From Cyanobacteria bacterium P01_A01_bin.123 (GTDB taxonomy: Bacteria > Cyanobacteriota > Cyanobacteriia > Phormidesmidales > Phormidesmidaceae): a stretch of DNA of 64,000 nucleotides. The stretch covers positions 32,001 through 96,000 of the forward strand of contig JBCBZT010000025.1 in NCBI GenBank assembly GCA_039815185.1, in the 5' to 3' direction. Shown piece by piece: positions 46,977-58,370 of the stretch (position 1 is the stretch's first letter; the number at the start of each line of letters is the position of its first letter). A program made the translations under genes and the position numbers. The notes beneath the pieces were generated by a model that saw nothing but the letters and a program-made list of their open reading frames with translations, was not told the DNA's origin and ran no database searches.

Positions 46977-48020
46977 ATGAACGTTAAGCCCCAGCTTATT
47001 TCAGACACTAATCAACCCAGAAATTCCCCACCTTCCGATGGGCATGAGGACAGCTATGACGAGGTGCTCCTTGATGCCTATTCACGGTCGGTCACCCACG
47101 TGGTTGAAACCGTCAGTCCAGCCGTTGTCAATATTGAGGTTCGTCGTCTGCGATTGAGAGCCGATATGCGCCGCCCCTTAGAAACGGGGGGCAACGGGTC
47201 TGGCTTTATCTTTACGCCAGATGGCTACATCCTGACGAACAGCCATGTAGTCCACAATACGGATGTGATCGATGTCACGCTAGCAGACGGACAGCAGTAC
47301 CGAGCTGAACTGATTGGCGATGATCCGGATACCGATCTGGCGATTATTCGCATTGCTGGCGCAGATTTTACCCATGCAGCCCTCGGCAACTCCAATTCGC
47401 TGCGGGCTGGGCAGTTGGTGATTGCGATTGGCAATCCGCTGGGATTTCAGTGTACGGTTACCGCTGGTGTGGTGAGTGCATTGGGGCGATCGTTTCGCTC
47501 CAAAACCGGACGGCTAATCGACAACGTGATTCAAACCGATGCGGCGCTCAATCCTGGTAACTCGGGTGGGCCCCTGGTGAATTCTCGAGGGCAGGTGATT
47601 GGTGTGAATACAGCGGTAATTCAAGCTGCCCAGGGCATCTGTTTTGCGACGCCAATTGAGACTGCCAAGCGAGTGATTGGGCCGTTGATGCAGATGGGTC
47701 GAGTCCGTCGAGGTCGGATTGGTGTTGGGGGGCAAACGGTGCCGTTGCCACAGCGGTTGGTTCGTGCCCATCAGTTAACAGCAGAGAGTGGGGTTTTGGT
47801 GACCTGGTTGGAGTCGGGCAGTCCGGCTGAAAGGGCTGGGGTACGCGATCGCGATGTGATTGTTGCCTTCTCTGGAGAAGCCGTCAGCAATGTCGATGAT
47901 CTACATCGGCTATTAACGGAGAAAACCATTGGCGTGCGATCGCGTTTGACCCTGATCCGTCAAGAGCAAACGTTGGACCTCAGTGTTGTCCCTACTGAAT
48001 CATCGCTCCGCGCAGAGTAA
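46977..48020 (+). CDS. HtrA/DegP-family serine protease with PDZ domain
   Basis: Catalytic triad in TNSHVV, DTDLA and GNSGG; C-terminal PDZ; no obvious signal peptide. Confidence 0.92.
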   Translation: MNVKPQLISDTNQPRNSPPSDGHEDSYDEVLLDAYSRSVTHVVETVSPAVVNIEVRRLRLRADMRRPLETGGNGSGFIFTPDGYILTNSHVVHNTDVIDVTLADGQQYRAELIGDDPDTDLAIIRIAGADFTHAALGNSNSLRAGQLVIAIGNPLGFQCTVTAGVVSALGRSFRSKTGRLIDNVIQTDAALNPGNSGGPLVNSRGQVIGVNTAVIQAAQGICFATPIETAKRVIGPLMQMGRVRRGRIGVGGQTVPLPQRLVRAHQLTAESGVLVTWLESGSPAERAGVRDRDVIVAFSGEAVSNVDDLHRLLTEKTIGVRSRLTLIRQEQTLDLSVVPTESSLRAE

Positions 48021-48043
48021 TGAGCTGCTTTGAGATGAGCCAT

Positions 48044-48664
48044 TTACGCTTTAGTTTTGAGTTGGTGCAAAATCCTGAGAACATCCCAAAGTTCATTGCG
48101 TCTTCGGTTCAAGGAAAAGTCATCGGAGAAAGCATATTGACCTTGATCTAGCTTGACAAAGATGGAGTATTCGCCATTGCTGACCAACCCAAACTTGGAC
48201 CCTTCTTGAGTGCCAGATGCCATGTAGGCAAGTGCTTGAGGGAGTGCCGTCGTCATATTGAACGAGGTTCGCTTTGCCTCTACCAGCACAATCCATAAAT
48301 TTCGCTGGACGATTAATGCATCAATACGACCCTGATAAACCTGCTCGTTGTTATCTGCCCACTCAAACTGGACTGAGACTTCTGACCTGAGCAAAAATGG
48401 CGGATCATAGAACCCTGCTAGTTCCAGTAGCGGTGAGATAACGAGAAAATTGACGGCATTTTCTAGTAAATGCCCGTGCTGACGGTGATACAGATAACGA
48501 CGCTTAAGCAGATCGAACCGTGCTTGCTCAGCATGGGTTAGGGGGTTGAGCGGAGCCGTCCATTCCGAAAAAAAGTTGGGATCAGAACTCGCAGTCATCC
48601 CATAGATACGCTCAGCTTCGGCAAGGCTGGTAATGTACTCGGTAACGGCTAACGGTTGAACCAT
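48044..48664 (-). CDS. Stand-alone PD-(D/E)xK nuclease-fold protein (HsdR N-terminal-like)
   Basis: GRIDAL...VEAKR, ALPQALAYM and GLVSNG motifs. Confidence 0.75.
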   Translation of the reverse strand: MVQPLAVTEYITSLAEAERIYGMTASSDPNFFSEWTAPLNPLTHAEQARFDLLKRRYLYHRQHGHLLENAVNFLVISPLLELAGFYDPPFLLRSEVSVQFEWADNNEQVYQGRIDALIVQRNLWIVLVEAKRTSFNMTTALPQALAYMASGTQEGSKFGLVSNGEYSIFVKLDQGQYAFSDDFSLNRRRNELWDVLRILHQLKTKA

Positions 48665-48719
48665 CGCTACTAGATTGGCTGCCTGCAATCTTGAAGAACT
48701 TCCTCCTAGTGTTGAGCCC

Positions 48720-49841
48720 TCATTCAGGACTCAACACTAGGTTATCGCGATGAACCACGGTTTCAGCGCCAGCGTAGCCTAGGATGTGGGCAATCTTGTC
48801 GGAATGATGGCCGCGAATCTGTTGCAACTCGCTGTGGCTATAGTTCACGATACCGCGCGCAACTTCTTGCCCCTGAGCGCTGCAAAGCACCACCGCATCT
48901 TGCTGTTGAAATTCGCCTTCCACTTCGGAAATGCCTGCAGCGAGGAGGGATTTTCCCAACTGGCGAATGGCTTTGACTGCCCCAGGATCGAGGTAAAGAC
49001 GGCCAGCGGGCATTAGGCTGTGGGCAATCCAGCGCTTGCGAGCATTGGGCAATTGAGGCTGGGCTGCAAACTGGGTGCCCAGGGGTTCTCCAGCCAAGAT
49101 TGGGTGGATGTTGCTAGGCTGACGGCCCTCCGTGATCACAGTCCGGACGCCAGCGTTGGTGGCAATGCGGGCCGCTTCAATTTTGGTGACCATGCCGCCT
49201 GTGCCCCAGTTAGAACCGCGATCGCCCACTTCAATTTTTAACTCAGCCAGTTGCTGCATCGTATCTACCAGGCTAATGGGTTTGGCATCAGGGTTAGAGC
49301 GGGGGTCAGCGGAATATAGCCGATCAACATCAGTGAGCAAGAACAGCCAATCTGCGCCAACCAAACTGGCAACCAGGGCCGACAAAGTATCGTTGTCACC
49401 AAACCTCAGTTCATCGATCGCAACCGTATCGTTTTCATTGACGATGGGGATCACGCCCAGCTTGAGCAATTGTCGGAAGGTGCGGTAGCTATTGACATAG
49501 CGCGATCGCTGCACCAAGTCACTCCGGGTCAGCAATACCTGGGCGATAGGTTGCCTTAACTCGGTAAACAGGTCATCGTAGGTTCGCATCAAGCGCCCCT
49601 GCCCCACCGCCGCTACAGCCTGCTTCATAGCCATCGTGCGGGGGCGCTCTGTTAAGCCCAACCGGGCACAGCCCACCCCTACTGCGCCAGAGGAAACCAA
49701 AATTACCTGATGCCCTTGGCGAATTAAGCTACACAGGGTTTCGACCAAACTCGCGATCGTTGATAGAGCCAGATGCCCCGTATCGGGTCGGGTCAGGCTC
49801 GACGTACCAATCTTGACGACAACGATTTTGGAAGTAACCAT
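48720..49841 (-). CDS. proB: Glutamate 5-kinase
   Basis: [23 protein letters not shown] and GTGGMVTK motifs; C-terminal PUA domain. Confidence 0.97.
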   Translation of the reverse strand: MVTSKIVVVKIGTSSLTRPDTGHLALSTIASLVETLCSLIRQGHQVILVSSGAVGVGCARLGLTERPRTMAMKQAVAAVGQGRLMRTYDDLFTELRQPIAQVLLTRSDLVQRSRYVNSYRTFRQLLKLGVIPIVNENDTVAIDELRFGDNDTLSALVASLVGADWLFLLTDVDRLYSADPRSNPDAKPISLVDTMQQLAELKIEVGDRGSNWGTGGMVTKIEAARIATNAGVRTVITEGRQPSNIHPILAGEPLGTQFAAQPQLPNARKRWIAHSLMPAGRLYLDPGAVKAIRQLGKSLLAAGISEVEGEFQQQDAVVLCSAQGQEVARGIVNYSHSELQQIRGHHSDKIAHILGYAGAETVVHRDNLVLSPE

Positions 49842-49878
49842 GGGTTTGGCAGCCTACGCGATCGCGAAAATATGCCCC

Positions 49879-49916
49879 AAAAAAACACCGGGGCAACCGC
49901 TATAGCCGTTGCCCCG
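49879..49916 (-). terminator. Rho-independent terminator about 40 bp upstream of the proB start
   Basis: Minus strand CGGGGCAAC-GGCTATAGCG-GTTGCCCCG-GTG-TTTTTTT. Confidence 0.75.
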
Positions 49917-50181
49917 CATATTTGTTTATTTATAAATTAGAGCCTTTATATTGGCTGGCTCCATTTGATATGTCAATGATCCTAGATATTTGCAGGTGAT
50001 CCCCCAATCTATAATGTTTTCTTCAGATTTAGTTTTCTTTCGATTAAAAGACATTCTCAAAGTTTTGTTGCAGACTCTCAGTCTCTTACTGTCGGAGAAG
50101 ATTTCTAGTTGCGTTTTGAGTTTTAGATCCAGACTTCTGAATTTTGACTGATTCCTCCTCTCGCGTGCCCTTTACCCCTCA

Positions 50182-50703
50182 TCACCCCAACCTTTTCAAA
50201 GACACCCCCAGCAGTTGGGAAACCGTCACTTCAACGGAGCGGATAGGATAATTACGCATGACCTGGCCCGGGCGGATCATTGGGTCGACCAAAATTGTAA
50301 ACATGCCCAGACGGTTGCCGGCAAGCACATCGGTAAATAAGCGATCGCCGACCATTGCAACCCGGTGAATGGGTAAATTCATGGCATTAGTGGCGCGTCT
50401 GAGTTTACGACGCGACGGTTTTCCAGCTCCCGTGATGTAAGGAACGCCTAAGGAGTCTGCAATGCGACGAATGCGCGTTTGGTTCAGGTTATTACTCACT
50501 AGCCAAAGCCTGACCAAGGGTTTAAGGCTGATTAACCAACTCCGCACTTCATCGGTGATATTCCGCTCGTTGAAGGGCACTAAGGTTTCATCAACATCTA
50601 ATACGAGTCCTTGGAGTGCAAACTTCTGAACTAAGTCAGGGGTGAGGGACAGCACAGAGCTGCCCAGAACTAAATCCGGTTGTAACAGTTTGCACCAAGC
50701 CAT
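50182..50703 (-). CDS. yqeG: YqeG family HAD IIIA phosphatase
   Basis: LDVDETL, VSNN, GKP and VGDRLFTDVLAGNRLG motifs. Confidence 0.9.
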   Translation of the reverse strand: MAWCKLLQPDLVLGSSVLSLTPDLVQKFALQGLVLDVDETLVPFNERNITDEVRSWLISLKPLVRLWLVSNNLNQTRIRRIADSLGVPYITGAGKPSRRKLRRATNAMNLPIHRVAMVGDRLFTDVLAGNRLGMFTILVDPMIRPGQVMRNYPIRSVEVTVSQLLGVSLKRLG

Positions 50704-50830
50704 AAGCAGCAGCAGCAGATCCCTTAAAGCATTACAGGGTGTTTATCATAGCCCAAACTGTTGCTCAAACTGTCGGTTGCTAGGAGTGGTTTTGGTTTTG
50801 GCGCTTTAGACCTGGTTGCGACTTAAGACC

Positions 50831-51958
50831 CTAGGAATCGGGAGAACTCCCCGCTTGGCCCTCTGCCCCCTGGGCTTGTCCAGCATTGGCCTCGACCTCG
50901 GCTCGAATTTGCGCTTGGGCCGCTTCATGTTCAGCCAGGGTTTTGCTGAATACGTGGGTGCCGTCATAGCGAGCCACAAAATACAGGTAGTCAGTGGCGG
51001 CGGGGGTGAGGGTTGCCTCTAGGCTAGGCTTGCCGGGGCTAGCGATGGGAGTTGGGGGTAATCCGGGATTAATGTAAGTGTTGTATGGGTTAGGGGTTTG
51101 AACCTGAGCATAGGTCAGAGGGGTCTCGGGGGTTTGGGTAACGCCTAAACCATATTCCACCGTTGGATCAGCACCTAAGGGAATGCCTTGATTCAATCGA
51201 TTGGTAAATACCCCAGCAATGGTTGCCCGTTCATCTGGGACAACTGACTCTTTTTCAACAATGCTGGATAGGGTTACCCAGTCCACTAAGTTTAGCGCTC
51301 GTGCCTCGGCTTGATAAGCTGGCAAAGCAACCTGTTCAAAGCGCTGAAGCATCAGGGCTACCACCGCCTCGGGGGTAACCTGTTCTGCTGGAAGCTGGTA
51401 GGTATCAGGGTAGAGAAATCCCTCTAGGTGGGGCAGGGTATCCGGTAACCAGGGAAACTGCTCGGTGGGAATGGTTTCGGTGGCGGTGAGGAATGACTGA
51501 GCCGGAAAGAATCCTTCAGCTTCCAGAGCGGCGGCAATTTGCCGTCGATTCCAGCCCTCTGGAATGGTAAAACCTTCGGTCACTACATCTCCGACCCAAA
51601 CCTGATCGGCAATGGTTTTAAGCGACTGGGTTGGGGATAACTGATAGGTACCGGCTTGGTAGCCGCCACTCGGGTCACGGAATGCCCGCCAGCGTGTCCA
51701 TATATTCCAAGCTGTTGTGGACTTGATTAACCCAGCGGCTTCCAGGTCTCGGCCAATTTGCTGGCCTGATGTACCTGAGGGAATGCTGACTTGAATGGCG
51801 GTTTCGCCATCGCTGCCCGAGGCAACGGCTTCAGGTTGAATAGGGGCGATGGCCCAACTCCACCACGACCAACCCTGCCAGCCCCCTAACGCAATCACAG
51901 CGGGCAGAATAAGCAGGTAGAACAGTCCTTTTGAGAGGCGAGCTTTCATCGTATGCAA
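50831..51958 (-). CDS. mltG: Endolytic transglycosylase
   Basis: N-terminal TM; TIPEG, LEGFLYPDTY, SIVEKE and YNTY...GLPPTPI motifs. Confidence 0.95.
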   Translation of the reverse strand: MHTMKARLSKGLFYLLILPAVIALGGWQGWSWWSWAIAPIQPEAVASGSDGETAIQVSIPSGTSGQQIGRDLEAAGLIKSTTAWNIWTRWRAFRDPSGGYQAGTYQLSPTQSLKTIADQVWVGDVVTEGFTIPEGWNRRQIAAALEAEGFFPAQSFLTATETIPTEQFPWLPDTLPHLEGFLYPDTYQLPAEQVTPEAVVALMLQRFEQVALPAYQAEARALNLVDWVTLSSIVEKESVVPDERATIAGVFTNRLNQGIPLGADPTVEYGLGVTQTPETPLTYAQVQTPNPYNTYINPGLPPTPIASPGKPSLEATLTPAATDYLYFVARYDGTHVFSKTLAEHEAAQAQIRAEVEANAGQAQGAEGQAGSSPDS

Positions 51959-52056
51959 GGGATAATTGACAACAGGTAACCCACAAACGCGATCGCAAAT
52001 CGACTGCCCAATGACTAGGCTGACATATTCTAGCGATGATCCGCGAAATTTGTCCT

Positions 52057-52875
52057 TTACACTAGCGGTTGATTGCCAAAGCAGGCGATCGCTTGGTGCA
52101 ATTCATCCTCAGATAAGGGTTGAACGATCCATGTGGTTGAAAAACAGTGATTTGCTGCTACGGTTAGCGCGTCTATGACGGTTTGGTTCAAGGCGTTAGC
52201 ACTAAGGGACTGAAGTCGTTCAGGGAAGTTAGGGATAACGAGCGGTTCGGCAAAAATTTTCTGATGCAGTGCAACGTCTGGATGTAACCGCATTGAACCA
52301 TGCTGTAGCACAGTATGATTGGCACTTAGAGGCGATCGCGCCTTTTCGGAGGTACGACGCCCCTCTCGTTTGACTTGAGCGCTGCCGATGAGCTTGTAAC
52401 CGTCAGTCATGACTAAATCAGCCGCTGTGGGTGAGCTAAAGCAGTTATCTGTTTTTTCGTAGCCGCGCTGCTGGTGGCCGTAAGTCAGCGGGATACCCAG
52501 GGTAGCCCAACCGTCAATCAAAAACTGACAAATGGCTTGATAGACCTCAATTCGCCGTCCTTGAAATGCTGAGGTAATCACGCTATATGTCAGATCACCC
52601 TGATGTAACACGGCTCGCCCCCCGGTAGGGCGTCTCACCAGATCTAGCGGTTGGTCTCCAGCGACCATCTGGTGCCACTCATTGGGCCACCGCCGCTGGT
52701 GATAGCCTAAAGAAATTGCCGCTGGTGACCACGTGTAAAATCGCAGGCAGTTTGGCTGTCTATCTTGACAATGCTGTGCCAGTAACCACTGATCAACCGC
52801 CATCTGTACTGCCCCTGGTGCTTTAATGGGCGGCAGTAATCGCCAAGGATGGCTGCTTTCAGACCGCACACCCAA
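52057..52875 (-). CDS. Lipoate--protein ligase family protein
   Basis: LRFYTW, RRPTGGRAVLH, KLIGSAQ and LQHGS motifs. Confidence 0.88.
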   Translation of the reverse strand: MGVRSESSHPWRLLPPIKAPGAVQMAVDQWLLAQHCQDRQPNCLRFYTWSPAAISLGYHQRRWPNEWHQMVAGDQPLDLVRRPTGGRAVLHQGDLTYSVITSAFQGRRIEVYQAICQFLIDGWATLGIPLTYGHQQRGYEKTDNCFSSPTAADLVMTDGYKLIGSAQVKREGRRTSEKARSPLSANHTVLQHGSMRLHPDVALHQKIFAEPLVIPNFPERLQSLSANALNQTVIDALTVAANHCFSTTWIVQPLSEDELHQAIACFGNQPLV

Positions 52876-52899
52876 TCCACCGTGTTAATTTGATGTGCT

Positions 52900-53670
52900 T
52901 CAAGCCGGACTCTGATAATTGACAATGCGGGCAAAGCTATCGGGTTGTAGACTGGCGCCGCCGACTAAAGCCCCATCGATCTCGGGCTGAGCCATAATCT
53001 CATCGACGTTATTGGGTTTGACTGAGCCACCGTATTGAATCGGGACATCGGGATTTTTGAGCTGGCGGCGAATCAAACCAATGACGCGGTTGGCTTCAGC
53101 AGATTCACACGTGTCTCCGGTGCCAATCGCCCAAATCGGTTCGTAGGCAATGACCAAATTGGACTGATCTATCCCTTCGAGCCCTCGTTTGATTTGACCA
53201 ATAATCACAGCTTCGGTTTCATTCGCGTCCCGCTGTTGCTTAGTTTCACCCACACATAAAATCGGAATCAAGCCTGCTTCTTGGGCAGCTTGCAACCGGA
53301 GATTCGCGGTTTCATCGGTTTCGCCGAAATATTCACGTCGCTCGCTGTGGCCGATCACCACATAGCGAACGCCCAACTCTAACAGCATTGCCGCTGAGAT
53401 CTCGCCGGTGTAAGCCCCTGATTCTTCCCAGTGAATATTTTGAGCGCCCACCTTGATCCGAACGCCGTGGAGGCTTTTAGAGAGCAGACTTAATGCTGTG
53501 TAAGGGGCACACAGTAAAACCTCTCTATCCTCTGGGGTTTCGCTGAGGTGCCCCAAAAAGTCTTTCAAAAACTCCAGGGCTTCTGCCTGAGTTTTATGCA
53601 TTTTCCAGTTGCCAGCGATCACAATCTTACGCACAGGTCTTTCCGTCAGAACAGCGACTCGAGTCATCAT
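52900..53670 (-). CDS. tpiA: Triosephosphate isomerase
   Basis: [28 protein letters not shown] and LVGGASL motifs. True start may be the GTG at 53634. Confidence 0.98.
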   Translation of the reverse strand: MMTRVAVLTERPVRKIVIAGNWKMHKTQAEALEFLKDFLGHLSETPEDREVLLCAPYTALSLLSKSLHGVRIKVGAQNIHWEESGAYTGEISAAMLLELGVRYVVIGHSERREYFGETDETANLRLQAAQEAGLIPILCVGETKQQRDANETEAVIIGQIKRGLEGIDQSNLVIAYEPIWAIGTGDTCESAEANRVIGLIRRQLKNPDVPIQYGGSVKPNNVDEIMAQPEIDGALVGGASLQPDSFARIVNYQSPA

Positions 53671-53782
53671 TGCATCCTACAAGCAAAGGTTAACCAGAAG
53701 CAATTCTAGTTAGCGAGTACATCGTGCATCGCCTGCCGTGAGTAGAGTTGAAGCCCATCGTCTTGACAGTCTTGATTGTGAA

Positions 53783-54259
53783 TTAGCTAGCAATTCCAAA
53801 TTCGGCCTTGAGGGGATCATCGTTTTCATCTGCCACGGTGGCGACAATTGTCATCAAGCGAGAAATTTCCCCCGCAGAAATATCTGCCAAAATTCGACTG
53901 GTGAGCACTACCACCTCATCGCCCAAAATTCCAAAGCAGGCTTCAAAGGTTTCCCCACAGTTCATCTCTAAGAGTCGCTGCATCAAATCAGGCTTGGGTG
54001 AGGAGGGCAAGGCGAGTACGGGAGCCCAGACGGTCAAGGTGTCTGTGTCTTCGATGCCGGTGAGCTGTACATAAACCTCTACGCTGCCATAGGCAAATTT
54101 CCAAAGGTGCTCTTCCTCAGAGTGAAGAACCATTGCACTTTGGTCCTGCTCTAGGCTGGAAATGACGGTTTCTATCGTGTCAACGTAGTTCAAGGTGTCA
54201 TCACCATTATCCGAATTGTCAGAGGAGGCTGCCTTGAGATCCACTGGAGTAGTAACCAT
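53783..54259 (-). CDS. YbjN domain (type III chaperone-like fold) protein
   Basis: WKFAYGSVEVYVQL...LLEMN...ISRLMTIVATVADEND. Confidence 0.8.
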   Translation of the reverse strand: MVTTPVDLKAASSDNSDNGDDTLNYVDTIETVISSLEQDQSAMVLHSEEEHLWKFAYGSVEVYVQLTGIEDTDTLTVWAPVLALPSSPKPDLMQRLLEMNCGETFEACFGILGDEVVVLTSRILADISAGEISRLMTIVATVADENDDPLKAEFGIAS

Positions 54260-54419
54260 AGGTCGTTTGTAACGTTCCGATATCAACAGAGCACCCCTAA
54301 TTTATCGCTACTCTGGCAGTTTATCCGGAGTTTGTATCCTTTTTTAGGGTTTCTCCAATTCATGGCATCTATTGGGATGGGGTAGGCTTGAGCTGTGTCT
54401 CCGTTCTGCATCAACCCCT

Positions 54420-55673
54420 ATGCCTCTATCTTCATCGACCAATACGGCTACACTCCAGCAGTTTCGGGCCCAGTTTCCAGCCCTCGAAACCAAGTACTAC
54501 TTCAACTATGGCGGTCAGGGGCCGATGAGTCAGGCAGCCTTGACACACATGAGCCAAATGCACCAGTATATCCAGGCGATTGGGCCGTTTTCGAGGCGGG
54601 TGAATCAGTGGATTCAGAATCAAGCTGCTGAAACCCGCCAGATGCTTGCGGCTGAGTTGGGGACGACGACTGATGCGATCGCGTTGACAGAAGATGTCAC
54701 CGTGGGTTGTAATATTCCGCTTTGGGGGCTTGACTGGCGAGCAGGCGACCACATTTTGCTCACTGACTGCGAACATCCCGGCGTGATTGCGGCGGTGCAA
54801 GAAATCAGTCGGCGGTTTCAGGTGGAGGTTTCTACCTGCCCGATTTTGGCAACTTGCCGTGGCGGTGATCCGGTGACGGTGATTGCTGAGCATTTACGCT
54901 CTAATACCCGGCTGCTGGTGATCAGCCATATTCTTTGGAATACAGGGCAAGTGATGCCTCTGGCAGAGATTGTGGCTCGATGTCATATCCACCAACCCCA
55001 TCCGGTCTTAGTGTTGGTGGATGCAGCCCAGTCTGTCGGCATGATGCCCCTAGATTTACCTGCAACTGGGGTGGATTTTTATGCCTTTACGGGACATAAG
55101 TGGTACTGTGGCCCGGCTGGGCTGGGGGGGCTCTACATTAAGCCTGAGGTAATGTCACAGCTTCGCCCCACGTTTATTGGTTGGCGCGGCATTACCACTG
55201 ACGAAGCCGCTAACCCGACGGGTTGGAAACCTAATAGTCAGCGGTTCGAGATTGCCACCTCTGATTTTGCCCTTTACGGGGGACTCCGCAGTGCGATCGC
55301 GATTCATAATCAATGGGGCACCCCCCAACATCGCTACAATCGCATTTGTGAATTGAGCCAATTGCTTTGGCAAAAGCTGAGAGATATGGGAGCGGTCCTT
55401 CAAAACAACGCTTTGACCATCGCACCCCTCAGCCCTACTCCCCCTGCGTCTGGATTAGTGTCGTTCCGGGTGATGCTCAAGGGTCAACCCTCCCCCAAGC
55501 ACCATGTGCAGCTGGTGCAAACCCTAGAAGCAAAGGGCTATCTACTCAGAACTTTGCTGCATCCCCATTGCGTTCGTGCTTGCCTCCATTATTTCACTTT
55601 GGAGTCTGATATTGAACAACTGGTGGCTAATATTGCAGACTACTGCAGCCGTCATGACCCCAGCGTTTTATAA
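54420..55673 (+). CDS. Class V PLP enzyme, cystine/cysteine lyase (C-DES-like)
   Basis: YFNYGGQGP, DCEHPG, DAAQS and FTGHKW (PLP Lys) motifs. Confidence 0.88.
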   Translation: MPLSSSTNTATLQQFRAQFPALETKYYFNYGGQGPMSQAALTHMSQMHQYIQAIGPFSRRVNQWIQNQAAETRQMLAAELGTTTDAIALTEDVTVGCNIPLWGLDWRAGDHILLTDCEHPGVIAAVQEISRRFQVEVSTCPILATCRGGDPVTVIAEHLRSNTRLLVISHILWNTGQVMPLAEIVARCHIHQPHPVLVLVDAAQSVGMMPLDLPATGVDFYAFTGHKWYCGPAGLGGLYIKPEVMSQLRPTFIGWRGITTDEAANPTGWKPNSQRFEIATSDFALYGGLRSAIAIHNQWGTPQHRYNRICELSQLLWQKLRDMGAVLQNNALTIAPLSPTPPASGLVSFRVMLKGQPSPKHHVQLVQTLEAKGYLLRTLLHPHCVRACLHYFTLESDIEQLVANIADYCSRHDPSVL

Positions 55674-55867
55674 AATCCATAAAGAGCAAGACTGGCCATC
55701 GTCAATGCAAAGTCGACTGCTGGCAGCTTTGGTCTATCGGCTTTAGTCTATTGGAAAGTTAAGTATCAATTCGATGCGCCAACATTTTTGTCTATGCTGA
55801 ATAGACTGGTTAGGTATCCCTGAATACCGATGTCATTTGTCGTCTACCCCGATCAAGTTGTATCGTC

Positions 55868-56116
55868 ATGACCTTCCTGAACTGCATCGTCATCCCTTAT
55901 GTTTCCGTTGCAATAGTACTATTGCTCTTTACCCTGCGAGTCTTCTTGGCTGATAAGATGACCCCCAAAACCCATTTGAATAGCTGGGGTTTTTTGATTG
56001 AAATTTCAGTCCTCTGGCCGCTAACGCTACCGTTTATTCTTAGAAAGCGGTTATTTCTAGCTTCTAAAGATGCAACGGATTTAACTCAAAATCCTCCGTT
56101 TAATCAGCCTGTTTAA
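55868..56116 (+). CDS. Small membrane protein
   Basis: Two hydrophobic segments and a D..TPKTH..SW...LWPLTLP pattern. Confidence 0.6.
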   Translation: MTFLNCIVIPYVSVAIVLLLFTLRVFLADKMTPKTHLNSWGFLIEISVLWPLTLPFILRKRLFLASKDATDLTQNPPFNQPV

Positions 56117-56199
56117 TCGATTTGGCAAGCCTGGAAATCGATCCTCCCCTGAGCCAATACGTTACAAGCCAATCATTGGCATGGCATTAGGGGAGCCCC

Positions 56200-56505
56200 T
56201 TAAATCAGCTTGCGAGAACGATAATGGCGACACCCATCACAGGGGCCGCAAGGGTTGATAGCGCAACGCAAATAGGGCGATCGCGCGTTAAATTCACAGC
56301 TAATATCTCCCACAATTGTGCCCACTCCCTCAATCATCTGACTATTGGGGAGGCGGGTTACTATTGTTGAAAACCTACGTCGAGTGGCGGCTTCCATGGC
56401 TAAAGTAATCTGGGTTTGAGTCTGGCGATCATTACGACGACTAATCAGCCAGGACGCGATCGCTGGAGAAAACCCGACCGCAAAAATCATTAATACAGTG
56501 ATCAT
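56200..56505 (-). CDS. DUF6464-like Cys-rich protein
   Basis: N-terminal TM; GDISCEFNARSPYLRCAINPCGPCDGCRHY. Confidence 0.78.
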   Translation of the reverse strand: MITVLMIFAVGFSPAIASWLISRRNDRQTQTQITLAMEAATRRRFSTIVTRLPNSQMIEGVGTIVGDISCEFNARSPYLRCAINPCGPCDGCRHYRSRKLI

Positions 56506-56561
56506 TGGCTTACCTAGGCTTGATCGGCACTCGACAGATGGCCCTATGGTAGCAAGCCCCA

Positions 56562-58370
56562 CTAATGGTCTTGGGGGAGCGCTTTATCTTTGGGCTTGTA
56601 GGTAGATTTCACTTCCAACTCTTTAAGCTGCTTTGCAGACACGCCAGCCGGCGCATTGGTTAGCAAAGAGCGTGCTTGTTGCGTCTTCGGAAACGCGATC
56701 GCGTCGCGAATGGACTCTTCTCCGGCTAGCAGCATGACAAAGCGATCCAGGCCATAGGCGATACCGCCATGGGGCGGGGTACCGTATTCAAAGGCTTCTA
56801 GCAAGAAGCCAAACTTGTCTTGGGCTTCTGCCTCAGACAGCCCAATGGCGTCGAATACCTGCTGCTGTAAGTCAGGTTGATAAATTCGCAAGCTCCCCCC
56901 CCCAAGTTCAAAGCCGTTAAAGACCAGGTCGTAGGCCACAGCGCGGGCGGTTTTAAGATCGTCAATATCTTCCGGATGGGGAGCAGTGAAGGGGTGATGC
57001 AAGGCCTCTAGGCGCTGATCGTCAGCATTCCACTCAAACATCGGAAAGTCGGTGACCCACAGCAAGTTCAGCGCATCGGCAGGAATCAAATTGAGTTCTT
57101 TAGCCACAACCTGCCGGACTCGATCGAGGGTGGCGTTGACAATATCCGTCGGGCCAGCCCCAAACAACAGTAGGTGGCCGTCTGCTGCCCCAGTCCGTTT
57201 TAGCAAGGTCTGCATTTGCTCAGGGCTGAGGTTATCTCTAATCGCACCGATGGTGTCAACTTTGCCGCCGTCGCGCACGCGAATATAAGCCAAGCCCTTA
57301 GCGCCAGCTTCCGAAGCCACCTTAAACAAATCACCACCAGGCTTAATCCGCACATTGGAGATGGCGTCGTTGCCACCGGGAATCGGCAGCACTTTAACCA
57401 GCCCCCCCGCTTTTACGGCCCCAGAGAAGACTTTAAAGCCAGAGTCGGCAACCAAGTCTGACACGTTCACGAGCTCTAGGCCATAGCGGGTATCTGGCTT
57501 ATCTGTGCCGTAGCGATCGAGGGCCTCGGCATAGGTTAATCGAGGTAGGGGCGTCGGTAAATCAATCCCTTTTACCTGTTTGAACACGTGAACCACCAGA
57601 GCTTCATTCAGTGCCAAGATCTCCTCTTGGTTCATGAAGCTCATTTCCATGTCCAGTTGGGTGAATTCGGGTTGGCGATCGGCCCGCAAATCTTCGTCAC
57701 GAAAGCAGCGGGCGATTTGATAATAGCGATCGACGCCAGAGACCATTAGCAATTGCTTAAACAACTGAGGCGATTGGGGCAGGGCATACCACTCGCCCGG
57801 ATTCACCCGCGATGGCACCAAATAATCACGCGCCCCTTCTGGGGTAGAGCGGGTGAGGATGGGGGTTTCGACTTCTACAAAGCCTTCTTGATCTTCTAAA
57901 AAGCGACGCATGGCTTTGATCACGGCGTGACGCAACTGGAGGTTTTGGCTCATGCGTTCCCGACGCAGGTCGAGGTAGCGATAGCGCAGGCGCAATTCTT
58001 CTTTTACCGATTCGGGTTCGGCAGTGGACACTTGGAACGGCAGCTGTTTGCGAACTGGGTTCAGCAGTTCAATGGTAGCGGCGTAGATTTCGATCTCCCC
58101 AGTGGCCAGTTTAGGATTAATGGCGCCGTCTTGACGGGGGCTGACGCGACCCGTGATTTTGACCACGTATTCGTTGCGCAGTTGGTCAGCCGTGCCGTAG
58201 GAGTCGGGGGTACGCTCTGGATCGCTAACGATTTGCACAATCCCGCTGCGATCGCGTAAGTCAATAAAAATCACGCCCCCATGGTCGCGACGGCGATCGA
58301 CCCAGCCAAACAGGGTGACAGTGTCGTCAATGTGCTCTGCTCGCAGATGGGCGCAATAGTGGGTTCGCAT
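56562..58370 (-). CDS. aspS: Aspartate--tRNA ligase, probably the non-discriminating Asp/Asn type
   Basis: [20 protein letters not shown] (His in the anticodon-binding loop, typical of ND-AspRS), [24 protein letters not shown] and [12 protein letters not shown]. Confidence 0.97.
   Translation of the reverse strand: MRTHYCAHLRAEHIDDTVTLFGWVDRRRDHGGVIFIDLRDRSGIVQIVSDPERTPDSYGTADQLRNEYVVKITGRVSPRQDGAINPKLATGEIEIYAATIELLNPVRKQLPFQVSTAEPESVKEELRLRYRYLDLRRERMSQNLQLRHAVIKAMRRFLEDQEGFVEVETPILTRSTPEGARDYLVPSRVNPGEWYALPQSPQLFKQLLMVSGVDRYYQIARCFRDEDLRADRQPEFTQLDMEMSFMNQEEILALNEALVVHVFKQVKGIDLPTPLPRLTYAEALDRYGTDKPDTRYGLELVNVSDLVADSGFKVFSGAVKAGGLVKVLPIPGGNDAISNVRIKPGGDLFKVASEAGAKGLAYIRVRDGGKVDTIGAIRDNLSPEQMQTLLKRTGAADGHLLLFGAGPTDIVNATLDRVRQVVAKELNLIPADALNLLWVTDFPMFEWNADDQRLEALHHPFTAPHPEDIDDLKTARAVAYDLVFNGFELGGGSLRIYQPDLQQQVFDAIGLSEAEAQDKFGFLLEAFEYGTPPHGGIAYGLDRFVMLLAGEESIRDAIAFPKTQQARSLLTNAPAGVSAKQLKELEVKSTYKPKDKALPQDH

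Noticed and set aside
48044..48664. Type I restriction-modification system
   Set aside because: Only a short nuclease-fold domain; no helicase domain, hsdM or hsdS nearby.
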